Shown here in pieces: positions 63,066 through 64,000 of a stretch of DNA of 64,000 nt. The position numbers and the translations under genes were made by a program. The notes beneath the pieces were generated by a model. The model did not search any database. It had not been told where the DNA came from and saw nothing but the letters and a program-made list of their open reading frames with translations. Every line of letters starts with the position of its first letter. Positions within the stretch are counted from its first letter, which is position 1. The DNA is from an uncultured delta proteobacterium. GTDB lineage: Bacteria; Desulfobacterota; Binatia; UBA9968. The stretch spans positions 384,001 through 448,000 of the forward strand of contig CAVUVW010000014.1 of assembly GCA_963745035.1 (NCBI GenBank), written 5' to 3'.

Positions 63066-64000
63066 ATGATTTTGCGCGCTCTTAAATTAACCGTTTTCCT
63101 GGCTTGCAGCCTGCCGGCCATCGGGCTTGCCGACAAGCTCGTATTGATCTCGCCGCACTGGGAGGGCATTCGGTATGAATTCGAGCGTGCGTTTAAAGCG
63201 CGCTATCAGAAGGAAACCGGTCGAACCGTAGAGTTGGAGTGGATTGACGTCGGCGGCTCATCGGAAACCCTGCGCTTTCTGCAATCGGAATTCAAGAACA
63301 AGCCGGCGGGAATCGGCATCGATGTTTTTTTCGGGGGAGGACTCGAGCCTTACCTGGCGTTAAAAACCGAGCGCCTCCTTGATGCTTACCCTCTGCCCAA
63401 GCCGCTGCTTGAAAAGATACCGGCGACCTTGGCAGGGGTGCCGCTGTATGATCCTGACTATTCCTGGTACGGCGCTACCTTGGCGGGCTTCGGCATCGTT
63501 TATAATAAAGTCGTACTGAATCTTATAAAACTTCCGGTGATCACGACCTGGGATGATTTGGCGTCGGCGAAAGCGTTCGGCTGGGTTGGATCTTCGGACC
63601 CGCGCAAGAGCGGCAGTGTCCACATGGTCTACGAGATTATCCTGCAGGCGTATGGCTGGGAAAGAGGCTGGCGGATCATTACGGGACTGGGAGCCAACGT
63701 ACGGAATTTTACGAATGCGGCGAGTCAAATTCCGAAAGACGTCGCGATCGGAGAAGTAGCGTATGGTTTGGCGATCGATTTTTACGCCTGGGCCCAAGTC
63801 AAAGAAGCAGGCGCCGATAAGATCGGGTTCGTCATGCCCGACAATCTAACGATTATCACTCCCGATGGCATCGGCATCCTGAAAGGCGCAGCCAACCTCG
63901 ATGTGGCGAAGGCGTTCGTCCGTTTCGTGATGTCTGAGGAGGGGCAAAAGCTATGGTTGCTGACCGAGAAGGCAGCGGACGGGCCGCAGCGTTTCCAACT
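63066..64000 (+). CDS. ABC transporter SBP, Fe(III)/AfuA-like family (runs off the window)
   Basis: Translated by hand: MILRALKLTVFLACSLPAIGLADKLVLISPHWEG...IDVFFGGG...ITTWDDL...DPRKSGS. Confidence 0.82.
   Translation, partial: MILRALKLTVFLACSLPAIGLADKLVLISPHWEGIRYEFERAFKARYQKETGRTVELEWIDVGGSSETLRFLQSEFKNKPAGIGIDVFFGGGLEPYLALKTERLLDAYPLPKPLLEKIPATLAGVPLYDPDYSWYGATLAGFGIVYNKVVLNLIKLPVITTWDDLASAKAFGWVGSSDPRKSGSVHMVYEIILQAYGWERGWRIITGLGANVRNFTNAASQIPKDVAIGEVAYGLAIDFYAWAQVKEAGADKIGFVMPDNLTIITPDGIGILKGAANLDVAKAFVRFVMSEEGQKLWLLTEKAADGPQRFQ

Noticed and set aside
63360-63797. Minus-strand 145-aa ORF
   Set aside because: It is the shadow of the plus-strand SBP gene starting at 63066, which the ORF track omitted because it runs off the window.

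Overview
GC-rich bacterial DNA. Gene content and style suggest a soil/sediment Deltaproteobacteria-like (Candidatus Binatia-type) genome, but this is inference. Many single-base frameshifts look like long-read assembly errors. The window has five blocks. (1) 89-1735: an OsmC-like gene with an in-frame UGA and a SECIS-like hairpin (probable selenoprotein), plus an AI-2E transporter. (2) ~2.1-29.9 kb: a tandem array of 18 co-oriented paralogs of ABC_sub_bind (PF04392, Trp/Tyr-binding-like) substrate-binding proteins (SBPs), with no permease or ATPase. Cargo is interleaved: two inverted PIN toxin-antitoxin pairs, a retropepsin, an MBL lipoprotein, two NMT1-type SBPs, three small two-Cys secreted proteins and an IS. 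There are three orphan copies of the conserved SBP 3' tail and degenerate 7-mer repeats at gene junctions, giving a cassette-array-like architecture. (3) 30.0-44.6 kb: a co-oriented signalling block with two GAF histidine kinases, two Tat SBPs, SCO, a REP-flanked DUF559, a receiver protein, a REC-class III cyclase, an MBL hydrolase, a 19th SBP and a cNMP-binding/TPR/DASS transporter fusion. (4) 45.4-61.2 kb: a Cys-rich secreted protein, a two-partner secretion pair, DUF928, an exported TPR-CHAT protease, a lipoprotein and a CHASE2 cyclase with guanylyl-cyclase-like residues. (5) A DsbA-family protein and the start of another ABC SBP. No rRNA, tRNA, CRISPR array, integrase or reverse transcriptase was seen.
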